NCBI RefSeq assembly: GCF_000026545.1
Contig: NC_011601.1
Origin: Escherichia coli O127:H6 str. E2348/69
Lineage (GTDB): Bacteria > Pseudomonadota > Gammaproteobacteria > Enterobacterales > Enterobacteriaceae
Length of the DNA stretch: 64,000 nt
Strand: one strand, 5' to 3'
The notes below the pieces were generated by a model that made no database searches, was not told where the DNA came from, and saw only the letters and a program-made list of their open reading frames with translations. A program made the translations under genes and the position numbers. Below, piece by piece: positions 63,269 to 64,000 of the stretch (position 1 is the first letter of the stretch; every line of letters begins with the position of its first letter).

Positions 63269-63832
63269 TTATAGATATTGAACTTTGAAGGTCGCATCAG
63301 CGTTTGCAGTACCAGCTACTGACTGCCCGAGAGCAATATAACGAGCCTGGAACGACAGTATATTCGTGCCATCAATCAAGTCAGTTTTAGCGCTAAAAGT
63401 AGCACCATCAAGTACTAATACCTCCCCTGTACGGTCCAAAATTTGGATACCGACATTTTGGGCAGAGCCTGCCGCTGAACTCTGCAGCGCTAATGTATCG
63501 TCATTACTGGTGACAGTAGTACCCAGGAATGCAACAGCTGCATTACTGGAAACATTGGTATCACAATCATTCAGCTTGATATTGAAGCCAACGGCGGAGC
63601 TGAGGTCACCCGCTTTAGCCAGGCGAGAAGAACGAACCTGACCCAGCTCAACCGTTTGGTTCATTGATTCTGAATCAATCGCACAAGCGGCATTTACCAC
63701 TTCACCTTTAAAATGAATTACACCGCCATTAACAGTGGTCATTACTGATTCATCACCCTCGGCTGCGCTTACCGCAGCAGACGACATCGCCAACACAGAA
63801 ACGACAATAATACCGACATGTTTGAGTTTCAT
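63269..63832 (-). CDS. major fimbrial subunit (FimA-like)
   Basis: ORF 63269..63880; start placed at [23 protein letters not shown]...; strong similarity to type 1 FimA (...[21 protein letters not shown]..., C-terminal ...[10 protein letters not shown]). Confidence 0.8.
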   Translation of the reverse strand: MKLKHVGIIVVSVLAMSSAAVSAAEGDESVMTTVNGGVIHFKGEVVNAACAIDSESMNQTVELGQVRSSRLAKAGDLSSAVGFNIKLNDCDTNVSSNAAVAFLGTTVTSNDDTLALQSSAAGSAQNVGIQILDRTGEVLVLDGATFSAKTDLIDGTNILSFQARYIALGQSVAGTANADATFKVQYL

Positions 63833-64000
63833 AATTCTCCAAAATTTATATTTAAGTAGCTGAATAAAGAGAGTTAACAATTAAGTTATTCTGTTATTGC
63901 TTATAAAACAAGAATCATTCTTGATTGGATGTTGCCCTGAGAATATAGTTCCCATGGTTATTACATTTTACGAAGAACGATAATATCTTTAAATTACAAG

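Noticed and set aside
1-64000. CRISPR arrays, tRNA/rRNA genes, integrases, IS elements, prophage modules
   Set aside because: No evenly spaced direct repeats, no tRNA-like or rRNA sequence, and no transposase or integrase-like ORF were seen; the only mobile-type content is the degraded vgrG/rhs islet.

Overview
This window reads as a contiguous Escherichia coli-type chromosomal segment (not K-12-like in several places), with no rRNA, tRNA, CRISPR array, IS element or prophage detected. Gene order is: 3' end of an aldehyde dehydrogenase (patD-like), yncL, ortT, ydcY, ydcZ, mnaT, a curA'/mcbR' remnant, yncD, yncE, ansP, then a low-GC accessory islet (about 8.1-12.7 kb), then pptA, yddH, nhoA, yddE, narUZYWV (minus strand), yddG, fdnGHI (with in-frame selenocysteine TGA), a higB/higA-like toxin-antitoxin pair, adhP, maeA, sra, bdm, osmC, dosP with only a dosC remnant, yddW, gadCB, pqqL, yddB, yddA, ydeM, ydeN, ydeO, safA, ydeP, and a complete FimA-to-FimH-like chaperone-usher fimbrial operon. 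The accessory islet is the most interesting part: a translationally coupled pair encoding an HExxH metallopeptidase-like protein and a lipoprotein whose signal peptide is broken at a T7 tract, followed by a vgrG N-terminal fragment fused to a frameshifted rhs 3' core, a C-terminal toxin tip, a candidate immunity gene, a truncated SymE-like gene and an orphan Rhs-repeat fragment. Gene starts were set from the ORF track by choosing the internal Met that matches the known protein N-terminus; comparisons to K-12 gene order are from memory and no database search was run.
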